Below, in pieces: positions 15,282 through 30,307 of a stretch of DNA of 64,000 bases. The number at the start of each line of letters is the position of its first letter. The stretch's first letter is position 1. Origin of the DNA: the human T2T-CHM13v2.0 reference genome, Homo sapiens. The stretch is taken from the NCBI RefSeq assembly GCF_009914755.1, contig NC_060947.1; one strand, given 5' to 3'. The position numbers and the translations under genes were made by a program. The notes beneath the pieces are model-generated. The model had not been told where the DNA came from. It saw only the letters and a list, made by a program, of their open reading frames with translations, and made no database searches.

Positions 15282-15825
15282 TGTATTAGTTAGGGATCTG
15301 TAAAGGACAGAACTGATGGATAGATGTGTATGTGCAGCAGGGTTTGTTAAGGAGTATTAACTTACACAATCACAAGGCGAAGTCCCAAAATAGGCTGTCT
15401 GCAAGCTGAGGAGCAAAAAAGGCAGTCTGAGTTCCAAAACCTCAAACGTATTGAAGCCAGCATTGCAGCCTTTAGTCTGTGGCTGAAGGCCCGAGATCCC
15501 CTAGCAGATCACTGGTGTAAATTCAAGAGTCCAAAAGCAGAAGAACCTGGAGTCTGATGTTCGAAGACAGGAAGCATGCAGCACGGGAGAAGTTGGAGGC
15601 TGGAAGACTCAGCAAGTCTAGTTTTCCATGTTCTTCTGCTTAGTTTATTCTAGTGCTGCTGGCAACTGATTAGATGGTGCCCACCCAGATTGAGGGTGGG
15701 TCTACCTCTCCCAGTCCACTGACTCAAATGTTAATCTCCTTTGGCAACAACCTCTCAGACACACCCAGAAACAATACTTTGCACCCTTTGATCCAATCAA
15801 GTTGACACTTAATATTAAACATCAC
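15282..15825 (-). mobile_element. MLT2B-like LTR
   Basis: TGTATTAGTTAGGG...CCAATCAAGTTGACACTTAATATTAA MLT2 motifs. Confidence 0.8.
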
Positions 15826-17685
15826 CTGCAGACCTGGACTTTAATGATTCCTGAGTGGCCTCACTCCAGCTTCAAAGGGCAGGCTTGAATTTCTTGCCAA
15901 ATTTGAACTTCCCACTGCCATTCCTGTGGGCCATAACTCCGGACCTGCTGGATGACTTCAAAGGATCATAATTGCGTTGGTATTGGGAAAGTTGTGAAGG
16001 AGCCCTTGTGACAAACAGGAAGCAGCAGACAGTATGAAAGACACTGCAGAGACAAGAAGCGTTGCCTGATACATGACCCTAGCAACTCTCTAGCTGCTAA
16101 GGGAGGAAACAGAGCTGGGACCAACACAGCCAGTCTACCTGTGAGAGGGCTCAATTTCCCACATGACCAGAGCTTCCCATCCTCCATGCATGGGAATCTA
16201 TGACCAAACATAGATTTCCACAGGATGGTGGGTGGGTGGGACAAAGTCTACAGATTCTGAGCAGCTGGCAAGTTTCAGGGTACCAGAGTAAACACTGTCA
16301 CGTGACCTCAGATTGCTTGGTGGTTGAGGCCAAATTATTTACTACCTACCATTTTCAGTGTAGCTCTCCCACTTGCCTCATAAAATGGAGCACCATAAGG
16401 GAATGGAGGTCACACAGGGACCTCCCTGTGAATGCATGCAATGCATGACATTCAGCTATGCTGCAGCCCAAGCAAAGCCTCCACATGATATCAAGAGGAC
16501 AAGAGGTCACATGTATTTTCTGTTCCTTTTGCCTGTGAGTTCCCATCTGTCCAAGTAAGACTTCACCTGTGCAAAACAGACGCTGATATCTGCAGATGAA
16601 GCACATATTTCATCAGTAATTGTATATTTTGTAGTAGCCTTTGTGGCCCATAACAAAGATGATATTTTTGTCTAAAAACACTGAATTGCAAAGGAGGTGG
16701 ACAAAATTGGGTTCTCATGCATATTTGCATATATTCTATAGCAACATTTATCAACCATGGGGGATGTTCTCTGAAAAGCTGTAATCATTTCTAAACTGGT
16801 TTTTAATCCATAGTGGGTTGTAAGATTAATGTTGTCAGCCACAAACAGCATTTTAAAGAATGGAGATAAAATATATTACTAAATAGCGTTCACTGCATAT
16901 AGAATATACAAATACACTACACATCCCCATGTACAAACGTATATTTATTTGCCTAGTTGACTATATATAAACTGTGTATTTCTCACACATTGTCATAAAA
17001 GAGTTTGAACGTCACTACTTTAGTGGTTATTAGAAAAAATGTTTACAGGCCATTTCTTTAGCCATCTGTGAAGATGATGGATTAAGATTTGCTAAGAATA
17101 AGTTCACTGTTGTCTGTGGCTTTCTACATAATGCTTGAAATGGCACTCAGTGATGCTTAAACTGGTCAGTTTTACTGTGGGCATTTGACCCTCAGCAAAC
17201 TCATTTGTGAACTCATGAGCTGGTGAGAAGGAAGGCTGATGAGTTGTGGGGCTTTACTTCCTACCATGTCTTTCTGCAGCTGCAGGTGTGACCATGTGTG
17301 TGCTTCTGCACTCGTCTGACAGTGCTTTGATATGTTCCCTTTTATTTGCCCCTTTATTATTGACTGTGTCTTATAGTTCCTATTATGTACTTCATTAGCA
17401 TCCAGTGACAGCGACATCTGTGGTATTCAGTGTTGATCCAATTTACACAAATTTTAAAAATATTTTCAAGCATGAATATTTTTTCTTACCAACTTTCCTT
17501 AAGTACTTCCAGGAGTCAAATGCAATTCAATATTAGTAGTTGATGTTAGACCATACTGGGGTATAATCCTGGAAAATTACTGATAATACTAATTGTTGTT
17601 ACGCCTCAGCTTTTATGTCACCATAATGCTTAGATAAATGGCACAATGACCAACACATGGAAAGAAGGATTCTGAAATATTGACA

Positions 17686-18105
17686 TTTTTTATTTCCAAA
17701 ATTTACTTTAAGCTCAGGGGTACATGTGCAGGATGTGCAGGTTTCTTACATAGGTAAATATGTGCCACTGTGATTTACTGCACACATCATCACATCACCC
17801 TGGCATTAAGCCCAGCATCCACGAGCTACTCTACCTGACCCTCTCCCTCCTCCCACCCCCGCAGTCCAGTAGGCTCAGTGTGTGATGCTTCTCCCATGTG
17901 TCCATGTGTTTTCATCATTTACCTCCCACTTATAAGTGAGAACATCCGGTATTTGGTTTTCTGTTCCTGCATTAGTTTGCTAAGGATAATGGCTGCCACC
18001 ACCATCCATGTCCCTGCCAAGGACATGATCTCATTTTTTTATGGCTGCATGGTATTCCATGGTGTATATGTACCACATTTTCTTGATTCAGTTTATCATT
18101 GATGG
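17686..18105 (-). mobile_element. L1PA 3' end (copy at 37440-37885)
   Basis: GGGGTACATGTGCAGGATGTGCAGG...GGCTGCATGGTATTCCATGGTG. Confidence 0.85.
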
Positions 18106-19599
18106 GAAGGACATCTCAAATACCACAAAGACACTTGGTCCTTGTTGTGGGAAATATCGGACTGTGGTGGGGCAGACAGACAAACAGAACAGCAGTAGAA
18201 GAGCAAAGGAGAAACACAGGGAAGGGAACCAGAGGAATAAAAAACAATATATTGGCCATGAGACAGGGGAAAACAACACAATATTTTAAAAAGGTAATCT
18301 TTCTCCTTTGCCTTTGCCACTTTTCTGAAAATCAACTTATTAGGTTTTGTGAGTCTATTGCTGGCTCTATTTTGATTTGTTGACTTTTCTCCAATACCAC
18401 ACTGTCTTGAATACTGGAGAAGTAACACAATTGCCATATGGGGCTGGATGATTAAGAATCATAATCAACAACTTCATGCAATGCTTCCTAACTCAAGGCA
18501 GCACCCTCACCTCAGCTGAGGATCCCATGCCTCCCACCTTCTCAGGGGCTCCGCTCCTGCACTGATCTCTCTTCTCTCCTGAACCATCAACGGCTCCTTC
18601 TATACTGGATCAATCCCCAAGCCAAGGGGGAAGTCACCTTCTTCCAATGCACTGATAACATAATCAATCAATAAATATAATAGAATTAATGTGAATCTTG
18701 ACCTCCTGTAGGGTGAATTCCCCAAAGTTAAACTTCAGAATTGTTTTGGATATTCTGATTCATTTTCCTTTGTAGATAATTTTGAAAATGGACTCCAGTG
18801 AAGTGTGTTGCATAAGTTCATGCAGTTTTCCTTTGCAGGGCAGGAATTAAATGTGTTCGTAGCTAGAGAAGGACATGGGGGAAGAGGGTGAGTTTTCCCT
18901 TAGCTTGGGGAATGATCCAATGTAGAGGGAGCAGTTGATGGTTCTGGAGAGAGGAGTGATCACTGTAGGAGCAAAGCCCATGACAAGGTGGGAGGCATGG
19001 TATACTGACCTGAGGTGAGGGGGCTGGCTTCAGTTAGGAGTATTGTATGCAGAAGGGCAGCAGAGAATGTCCATGAATCACTGAAGGTGAGGGTGGCCTT
19101 GGGGGTCCCTGACACAGTGTCAGCAACCGTGTGATTCACCAGCAGGACCCTGACTCACTACAACATGGTGAAACTTTCTTTGAGTAAGGGAAGAGCGAAG
19201 GGGTAGAGATGAGGAAGCTGTCACTCCTGGGAGACTATGGATTTCCCCATAGTATGAAGCAGCAGCTGAGCTGTTGTCTATTATGAAAAATACTTGTACT
19301 CACAACATTCACAATAATCCCTCCAACTGCAAGGGAACTGGCTCACTGGATCCCTCAACTGCTGTTCTGTGCATGATAATATATGGGGGGAAAGCGCAGT
19401 CTTTAATTTTTGTTTTCTCCTGCAGGCAGGTAGAGACTGGATACAATTGTTGCCAATGAACTTTCAGTAGGCCAAAAATCCTGAAGGTTTGAATTGTTCT
19501 TTCCTCCAAGTGGGAGGGAAAAAATCAGTTTCCTGGGCTAAAGCAAAGCCTTAGATAAAACTTAAGTCTTAGATAAAGGAAAAAAAGTGAGAAAAAAAG

Positions 19600-19885
19600 A
19601 CCACTGGCAGTGGCTCACACCTGTAATCCCAGTATTTTGAGAAGCTGAGGGAGGAGAATCACTTGAAGCCAGGAGTTCAAGACCAGCCTGGGCAACATAG
19701 TGAGACCCCTGCTCTACACAATTTTTAAAATTAGCTGGGTATCATGGCACATGTCTGTAGTCCCATCTACTCAGGAAGGTAACACAGGAGGATTGCTTGA
19801 GCCTAGGACTCCTAGGTTGTGGTGAGCTCTAAGTCCTCCAGTGTATTCCAGCCTGGATGACAGAGAGAAACCCTGTCTCAAAAAG
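19600..19885 (+). mobile_element. AluJ (copy at 39390-39676)
   Basis: Diverged Alu dimer. Confidence 0.8.
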
Positions 19886-20811
19886 GGAGTGGGGTGTGTG
19901 AAGACACATTTCAGCCTTGTCTTCAGCTGGACTGCCACTGCTGCAGCCTCCTCCCAACATTTGAGGCAGGATTTCTCTTGGCCATGGAATCATAACTCTG
20001 TGAATGCTGAGTTCAGTGCTAGGGTTTTGATGGAAATTACAATGAGATAAAAAAAAAGGTACAGTTGTAAAATGTCTTTGTGTTTTGTGGCTATTACATC
20101 TGGATGTGTGATACTGACGGAGAGGGTCCAGCAGTTTGACTACTTAATGCAGTTGCCACAAGTGAGGAATTCATCTTTTCTACACTTCTCACTGGATAAG
20201 GGATAGAGACAAAAGGGATGGATGTTATGTAAACTGATTTTTAAAATTTTTATGAATTCAGGATTTCATCCTGTCCATTTCTTAAATATGATGAATCTTT
20301 TCACTAAGTTTATATCATAATGTGTTTTTCTGAAGATGTTTCGTCCCTTCTGCTTACAACCCTTCCAGAAAAAAAAAGGTCTGGAGGACGAAATGGGATG
20401 ATTAAAGAGATAAAAACTTTTCATCACAGGATACAACATGGTGATTCTGTAATAGTGGAGAAAACAGAAAACCTGGCACATGAGGAGAGGCAAGGGAGGG
20501 AAGGAGGACATCGGTTATCTCTGTTTTTCAAAACTATTCCTGCACACTCTCCACTTTTCCTCAGAAATACTTCCCATGAGGGCTTTCCAAGCCACTGTGA
20601 GCCATTGTTAAAACCACATTCATTGGTGAGCCGGTGATTACCTTACAGGTATTCAAGGAAATCAGCTACCAGTCAAGAGGTATAAAAGTGCAATAACACA
20701 ACCTTAAAAAAAAGTACAGGTGTGAATTGATTGTCTACAGCATGTATAAAAATTGGCAGGCATGGGAGGATCACTTGAGGCCATGTGTTTGAAAGCAGCC
20801 TGAGCAACTCA

Positions 20812-21180
<369 letters not shown>

Positions 21181-21255
21181 CTACTACAAACTACCTGGGA
21201 TAAGGGTGTGGGGATAGCAGGAAAACCCTGGCCGGCCCTGCATGTGCCTGACTCA

Positions 21256-21724
<469 letters not shown>

Positions 21725-23034
21725 TTAAAAATGCTTAATACTCAAATATGTCTGCACTGTAAGGTACTCAGCATTGACTCAGGACAAAACGCAGTTCAGT
21801 GAAGTAGGATAGCGTCTCCAGAAAAGAGGCCAATAAATGACAGCCACTGTTTCCTCTGATGCCTATTTTTGACAGTATGTTTGGTAAAAGGTGGATAATT
21901 CAGGACACTGGAATACAGATAACTATATCAGTAGGACTTTGAAGGGGCTTTTAAAAGTTGTTTCAATATTTTTATAATTAGAAAACTCCAAGTACAATAA
22001 GATTATCGTGAAACAGAAATTGTTTCCTCAACGAATAGATAGCACTTTCGAACTAAAGATAGACAGAATTTGGGCCATGGATTATTTTAGCAATTCACTG
22101 TTAAGGGGTTTCCAGAATATGACTGTCAACAATGCCCATTAATTTCTCTGCACTTCAGTTCCCGTACTCTCATTGGAAGACAGTGGTTTTGCTGTTGTAT
22201 CAGGTACTTTTTCTTAATGACATATAGGGCCTTTGGACCTAAACATTAATTAAGTTTAACCCCAACACTTTCAGGGTACCTGAACAGGGAATTAGTGTCA
22301 GGACTATAAGATTTGTCATAAGCAGACCAGTACATTGATCTAATCATTCAGAACATTATATTTAAGGTATGATTAAAATGCTATCCACGGGGCAGTCTTC
22401 AGATTTCCTAGGTAGCTGAGATACTTCAGATTTCCTAGGTAGCTGAGTGTTTATAACACACAATGTTAAAAAGTATGGGAAATGTAGGTGTGGTGTGATT
22501 TATCCTCAGATTGTTAGTTAAGATATCATAATACAGGAAAACAAACGGGGACATCTTTGCATCACATTTATTACCACAGTAGCCTACAGGCTTTTATTGC
22601 ATCACACTGAGGAAAAGAATAGGATCATTTCCTTATTTATCATTCTGGTTTGGCTGCTCCAGTCGATATCCTTGGTATTTTTTAGTACCTGACCTGGAAG
22701 CTGATCTCCAGAAGCTGTCTCAGTCAAAGACTGGGGATGAATGTGGAGTTGGCCCTGGTGTCCAGGGGAAGATTCTGACAAAATGAGAGCAATTTAAAAT
22801 GCCAGAAGGAGGTATGTTATCCATTAAGATTCAAAATTACGTGCTTTCTGTATTCCATAATATTACACTTTTGATAATGAAAAGAGAGAACATTACTGCC
22901 CCTTTAAAAACAGAGTCCAAATGCAGACTTTCTCGGGAAGGTAGTCGAGACCCCAGAAGCCTGACTGCAAAACTGAAAGACTATCAGATACAGACACAAA
23001 CTGGGTCAAAGCCATATTGAATCATCAAATAGAA

Positions 23035-23566
<532 letters not shown>

Positions 23567-23767
23567 TTATTGAAAGTAGTGAATGCACATCAGATAGATT
23601 AAAATCATTTCATTGCTGATTTCTGCATGTTTCGGTTCTGTTGGAGAAAATACAAAGATAATTTCATTTTCGTGATTTGTTTATCATAACCATCAGCTTC
23701 AGTCCAATTATAATATCCGAGTTGAGATTTCATTGCTCCTAAGTAAATGAGCTGGCACTCTACTTGA

Positions 23768-24154
<387 letters not shown>

Positions 24155-25166
24155 TGATTGCATTTTAAAGTCTTCCCGCAGTGAGACCTTGAATGACTGA
24201 ATAATAAAATGGAAAGAGACAGTCAAGTTTTTGTGACCCAAGAAGTAGGGAGCATGCATGTAGGTCAGTGATGCTCAAGGTGTTTGTAAGATGCCTGGGC
24301 TAAGCATGCTCCCTGCCCTCCTGTCAGTCTTCATGAGCTACTGTGTATAATTAGATTGAAGACACATATGGTAACCTCTAACCATATCAGAGGTTATATA
24401 TTACAGGTTTCTGCCTTGAGTCATCAGAAGATACGATTTAAAGTTCAAAGACTATAACATACTAAGTCCTGAGTAGTCCACGTAAGTATCTTTTACACAT
24501 GTTTTCCAAATTGCTGACTTAATTAGAAGAACTTCTGAATTTAAAGGAAGCACTGCATGTTTAGGGGAGAAATTACCTAAATGTTTTTACTCCACACTTC
24601 TGAACCACTCCATTAGGCTATTAACATTAAAAGATTGTTTTCAGATGATTTCCAGGAGGCTACTGAACAAGCCTCAGTTGTATTCTTAGGACAGTCATAG
24701 CATTAAATGTATATCTTATTAAAATAGATAGCAAATTCCATGATACAAGAAAATAATATTAAGAAAGAGCAAAATAATAAGAGTCACAGAATAAACTTAA
24801 GGGAAAAAGGCAGTAAATGAAAGGTATGCATCATTAACAAAAGGAAAACTAATTTGATATTAATAAATTTAATAGAATGTTCTTTTGAGAAATAGCTAGG
24901 AAGAGCATCCAGTAGATTAAACAATCTTGAAGAAAATGGAAAAGGCACAACACAGAATATGAACAAGACACAGATATTGAATGTAGGGCATAATTGAAAG
25001 GGAATACATTCTTGAACACTAATGTTTTCAGAGTGTGGATGATATGGTTGATATGCTCAGAATGCCTACACTATTTAATATATCCCTGAAATACCTGAAT
25101 ATCTGAACATCACAAAGACTGTGGAAGGACGTGAAATTTGCCAGTTGTACCTCAAAACACAGTCAC

Positions 25167-25464
25167 CTTTTTTTTTTTTTTTTGAGATGGAGTCTCTCTC
25201 TGTTGCCCAGGCTGCAGTGCAGTGGCACAATCTTGGCTCACTGCAAGCCCCGCCTCCCGGGTTCATGCCATTCTCCTGCCTCAGCCTCCCGAGCAACTGG
25301 GACTACAGGCACCAGCCACCACGCCTGGCTAATTTTTTGTATTTTTAGTAGAGACGGGGTTTCACCGTGTTAGCCAGGATGGTCTTGATCTCTTGACCTG
25401 GTGATCTGCCTGCCTCGGCCTCCCAAAGTGCTGGGATTACAGGCGTGAGCCACTGCGCCCAGCC
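25167..25464 (-). mobile_element. AluY with TSD (~AAAACAGTCAC)
   Basis: AluY-type CTGCAAGC.CCGCCTCCCGGGTTCA.GCCATT and CACCGTGTTAGCCAGGATGG; absent from the minus arm at ~10300. Confidence 0.85.
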
Positions 25465-26444
25465 AAAAACAGTCACTTTTAGAAGCAAATATTTAGCTTT
25501 CCAGATGTGTTACTCTCCGATTTTGTTTCCCTCTCCATTTCTTTTTCTTTGCCACATTGCTTATGATGTATAACTGTTTCACGTTTTAATGTCAATAATG
25601 ACAGTGATATCTTAAAACTTATATTACCATTTAATTAATTATACAAATGGGAATACTTTCCGGTGAAAAATGTATCATTATTCATATTGACATAATGACT
25701 ATAGGTGAAAACTGGATGCAAATGGTTAGTGTATGTCAAAAAAGGACTAAGAAGGGTAAACTAGCCCAAAGCAATATTATTGCACTTCTGCACAATAGAC
25801 AAAAAACAAATGCAATACTGGACCTTCTATTCACTTCACTTACGTATTTCCTAATGTATCATAACTGTTTTCAGTTACATTATGGCAAAACATACTTCTC
25901 AGACTATTTGCAGGAGCCTATTGGACATCCAGGTGATAGTTTCAAGCCAAAACATTAAATTATATATTTTTCACAAATTCCTTCGGTTGCTTAGGTTTTT
26001 TGTGTTTTAGTTGCATTTTGAGTAAAACTCTACACAATGTTTGCTATCTACTTTAAGCCCCTTTTAATAGGTTCACTTGATTTAATGTGTTCTGGTCTCA
26101 GACTGTCTTTTGGTTTCCTTCTAGCACCAAAAGCGGGGTGTGTTTAAAAAATGTTGTTTAATGTGTATGCTTGGAGGTGTTATGTTCAAAGTCTCTACAG
26201 AGGTCTAGTGGAATGTTAGCCATAGGGTGACTCTTACTTAGGCTTCTGGTTTTTGTCCAATGTATAAAACTAAAATTTTGGTGTCCTTTGTATACCTTTA
26301 ATTTCATCTGAATACAGTTCTGCTAGTAATGTTCCTTCCTGTTGTGTTTCTATTGCAGGGGAAGGGCAACCACAGCTTTAAACAAAGGCAAGCTGAAAGA
26401 ATGCAAACTGGATTTATCCGAGATATTTGACTTTTAAAAATCTC

Positions 26445-26450
26445 AATAAA
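26445..26450 (+). terminator. Polyadenylation signal of the plus-strand XAGE pseudogene terminal exon
   Basis: AATAAA about 65 nt after the TAA of GEGQPQL*. Confidence 0.6.
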
Positions 26451-26529
26451 GATTTCCAGTTTTCTCCAAATAAGTATCACACATCTTTTGTTCATTTATT
26501 CTCGCATATTAGACCCTATTGTAAATTTT

Positions 26530-26825
26530 GGCCGGGTGGAGTGGCTCATGCCTGTAATCCAAGCACATTGGGATGCTGAGGCAAGGGGATTGCTTGAGCT
26601 TGGGAGAGTGAGACATGCCTGGGCAACATGGCAAAACCCCCTCTCTACAAAAATAAATGAATGAATGCATGAATGTATGCATGTATGTTTGTAGGTGTAG
26701 TTCCAGCTACTCTGGAGGCTGAGATGGGAGGATCCCTTGAGTCTAGGAGGTCGAGGATGCAGGTAGTCATGTTCACACCACTGCAACTCCAGCCTGGGCG
26801 AATGCGACTCTGTCTGAATAAAATA
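26530..26825 (+). mobile_element. AluJ
   Basis: Diverged Alu dimer. Confidence 0.8.
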
Positions 26826-26875
26826 TAGTATCATTTTTGCAACTTTGCATTCTGATTGAGCTGGTATACACATGT

Positions 26876-27290
26876 GTGATATTGTGAAATATATATATTT
26901 GGTCCTGGACCCTGCTTACTGTCATACAGCTCCTACAGGTTTTAGAATCGCCTCATAGCGACGTCTTTTTGTATGCTAGTGAGTTGACTGATGGCTGGCA
27001 GCTCCTAGGTAGCTCTAGGATGGGAGCTTAGAGGGTTCGCACTTTCAGCTGCATCCCCAACCTTCAGGACAGGGAGAGGGGCTGAAGGTTAAGTTGATTG
27101 CCAATGGCGGGCCAACAGTTTAATCAATCATGCCTTTATAATGAAAACCTCCATCAAAACCCAAAAGGACAGGGTTCATAGAGCTTCTGCCTAGCGGAAC
27201 ACATGGAGGGTAGCATGCCCGTAGAGGGCATGGAAGCCCCCTGCCTCTTCCTTCATTCCTTCCCCTGTGTATCTCTGTATCTGCATCCTT
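26876..27290 (+). mobile_element. MER21-like LTR
   Basis: TGTGATATTGTGAAATATATAT..., GGGAGAGGGGCTGAAGGTTAAGTTGAT, AATCAATCATGCCT. Confidence 0.65.
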
Positions 27291-28861
27291 CGTTAGGATA
27301 TCCCATTTGCCACAAGATATGTGAGAATTCCCTAGACTATAGAGCTGGATGAAAGAACTAGCGCCTAGGCAGAAGAAAAAGGAAAGCGACTAGGTCAATT
27401 TGCTGAAGCAAAATTACTTGGATCCTACCTACACTGTCTCCTTACAGGCAATGGCATGGCATAGCCTTGGGTGTCCATCCTGCCTCTCAAACACTGGCCT
27501 TGTGATGTTGGGCAAGATACTTACATCCTGTGGGACTGTTTCCCCATTTCCAAAGTAGAAATTAGAATATTTAGACTAAATACTTGCTTTGAAGAATAAA
27601 TGAAATAACATAAGATGCAGGCATTACATTGCAGATAAATTTACTAGTTATCTTTCCTTAATCCCTTTAAAATTTCACATTTTTTTTACAACTACATCTC
27701 TAGTATGTGATAAGTGCTTTGGAATTTCAAGTAGGAATATTAGTCTACCTTTTAAAATGCATTTGACTTCAGAAACTGATTTGATGTAAATATGTAAATT
27801 AAATAGCAGTTGTAGCTGGTATCAGACATGGCATTGCTTTTGAAGTTGATTTGTAAATAACCGAGGTGTGACAAGGCCAACACTAAGTCAGTAGTACGTG
27901 CTGAAAACTTGTTTGGTGTGTGTGAAGCCATGAAGAATAAGTCTACTCCAGTCAGTCAACACCACACAACTCAATATCATCGTGTGTCAAGAGCTCAGGC
28001 AGTCCCTAAGCAGCCCTGTGGTGGCTAACAGGGACACAAGGATCGCCAGTGCGGTTGTTATTTTGTCTTGTCATATATTCATAGATTTGGTGGGTAAGAA
28101 GACAATGAGGCCAAATGGATCGAAATGGTTGATTACTTGCAGACGGAACAAAAGCAAGATCGGCATTGTGTCAACACTGTGTCGCTACTCCCACAGTACT
28201 ACACTGAATTGGAGATACTCAGTAACAGCACAGATGGTGGGTCTCTCTGCCTGTGAGGAGCCCACAGTCAAAACCTAAGGCCAATTTTGAAACCACACTG
28301 AATCCTGAACCCAAACTTACATCTGACCGAGCTGTGACCATTGGGCAGCAGGGGTGACCCAGCTGCTGAACATCCCACATAGAACACCTAGGGATGTCAT
28401 TCACACTTGTGAATAGGAAGAACTAGTGTCAATGACTACTCTGAACTGACTGCCTGCTGATAGTTCCACTAAATGAAAGATGCAAATCAATTGTTTGGAC
28501 TGGACAAAGAACCCTAGAGGGAAAGGTCCCTCAGTGGGAGGCCACATTGGGGGCCTTGGCCAGCTCCTGCCTGATGACTGTATGTCCTGCTGGGGGTGCC
28601 TTAACAAGGGTAAACTCTTGGTGTCCAGGGGTATCACCTGTGCCCTCTGGGATTGTTCTTACCTGTATGCCCTGACTATCCCACCACTGCCTCATCCCTG
28701 GAAGGCATTCACATCAGCTTCGGCTTCCTGGCCAGAGTTGTTATGACCCTGAAATGCTGGCTTGGGTTGGACAAAAATGGATAATACAGAATCTTAGTTA
28801 GGAAGTCACCTGCCTTTGTCAGATAGGCCTTCATCATTATTAGGATTTGTATAAGATGGCT

Positions 28862-29276
28862 ATGATGGGAAAGCTGATGTGTCAACTTTGCTACGCCACA
28901 ATGCATGAGAAATGTTCACTTTGACCAGGGTAGATGCTCTGTGAAGGGTTTTCTTTAGGAGAACTAACATTTAAATGAGCAGACTTTCAGTAAACCCAAT
29001 TGCCCTCTCCAGTGTGGGTGGGCCTCATCCAGTTCCTTGAAGGCCTTCAGAGAAGAAGACTGCGGTTCTCCACAAGATAAGAAATTCTGCCTCCACACTG
29101 CCCCTGGATTTGAGCTCTCATATCATCTCTTCCCCGGGTCTCCAGCCTGACATCCTGCTCTGCGAGATTTGGACTTCCCGGTCACAACAGCTGCATGAGC
29201 TAGGTCTTCAAACTCAATCTTTCTCTCTCTCTCTCTACTCACTCACATAAATACTTGGGTGCACAGCCCACCCCAC

Positions 29277-29317
<41 letters not shown>

Positions 29318-29332
29318 GAACCCTAACCAATA
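28862..29332 (+). mobile_element. MLT2-family LTR with (CA)n at 29279-29313
   Basis: TGATGTGTCAACTT..., TGTGGGTGGGCCTCATCCA, GAAGAACCCTAACCAATA. Confidence 0.7.
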
Positions 29333-30307
29333 GGCTGCTTATATTTGGGGCCCTTAAAGTGCATAACTGAGATCGATACTGCAGGTTGATCTCACTCTGC
29401 TGCATGGCTCCAAACGCAGAGGCCTGTGGTGTTCCCCTCCCATGCACTGACATCCATGCTGCTCGTCACTGCGACTCAGGGTTTGGTCATCTAACCATGT
29501 AGAGGTCACTACAATTCTACAAGTGTTCTCTGCCCTCCTTCTGCATGTGAGGTCCTCTGTTCCATCCTGAGGGCACAGAGATCTACTGGGTATGTTTCCA
29601 TCCTTCCAAGAAGGACTTTGGAGCCTGGTGAGGGAGATACACCTGCAACAGCGGTAACAGCAACGGGCATAGCCAGTGTGTTCACCAACTCATGAGAGAT
29701 CACACTACCAACATCTCCCACATAAATTTCCCCATCAACAAAGAGCTTATCATGGAAATGATCGTGTTCGTAGGTATGTTGGATTCCCCTTATTCTATTT
29801 TCCCCAGGAATGCACAGATACAAAGAAAACTGATGCTGGAATGTTGTGTTGGAGTGCAATCTAAGAATGGAATGCCCTGCAGTGATGTGATTTCTGAAGC
29901 AGTCAATAAGTCTTTATAAGTTCTTAGATGAAGCAACATACAAGTCTCCCTCAGTTTACAGGGAAGTGACATGTATGGAAAATCCAGTTTATGGAAGACT
30001 TTGGAAAAAGATGTTTGCCTCCCTGTAACACTCATTCCCCAAATGCCAGCAGCCCCTACCAATCATTCCAACAACCACAGCTGCACTCAGAAAAGTCCAA
30101 AATGGCCCAGTAGGTAACGATATTCTGGCTATAAGCCACAAGTTTATGATTGAAAAGAAGTATCCTCAAACTTCTTGTTTACATAAAAAGAGTAGGGATA
30201 TTGCGGTCGGTACAAAGGAAATAACAGGGCACCAAGGAGGAGGACACAATGTCCCTGGGAGGGGTTACAGGCACCTTCCTCCTCTGTCTTGCTTTGCTTT
30301 CTGTGAT

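Noticed and set aside
15966-16244. ORF conserved between 16.0 kb and 35.3 kb
   Set aside because: Explained by segmental duplication; conservation extends equally into the flanks.
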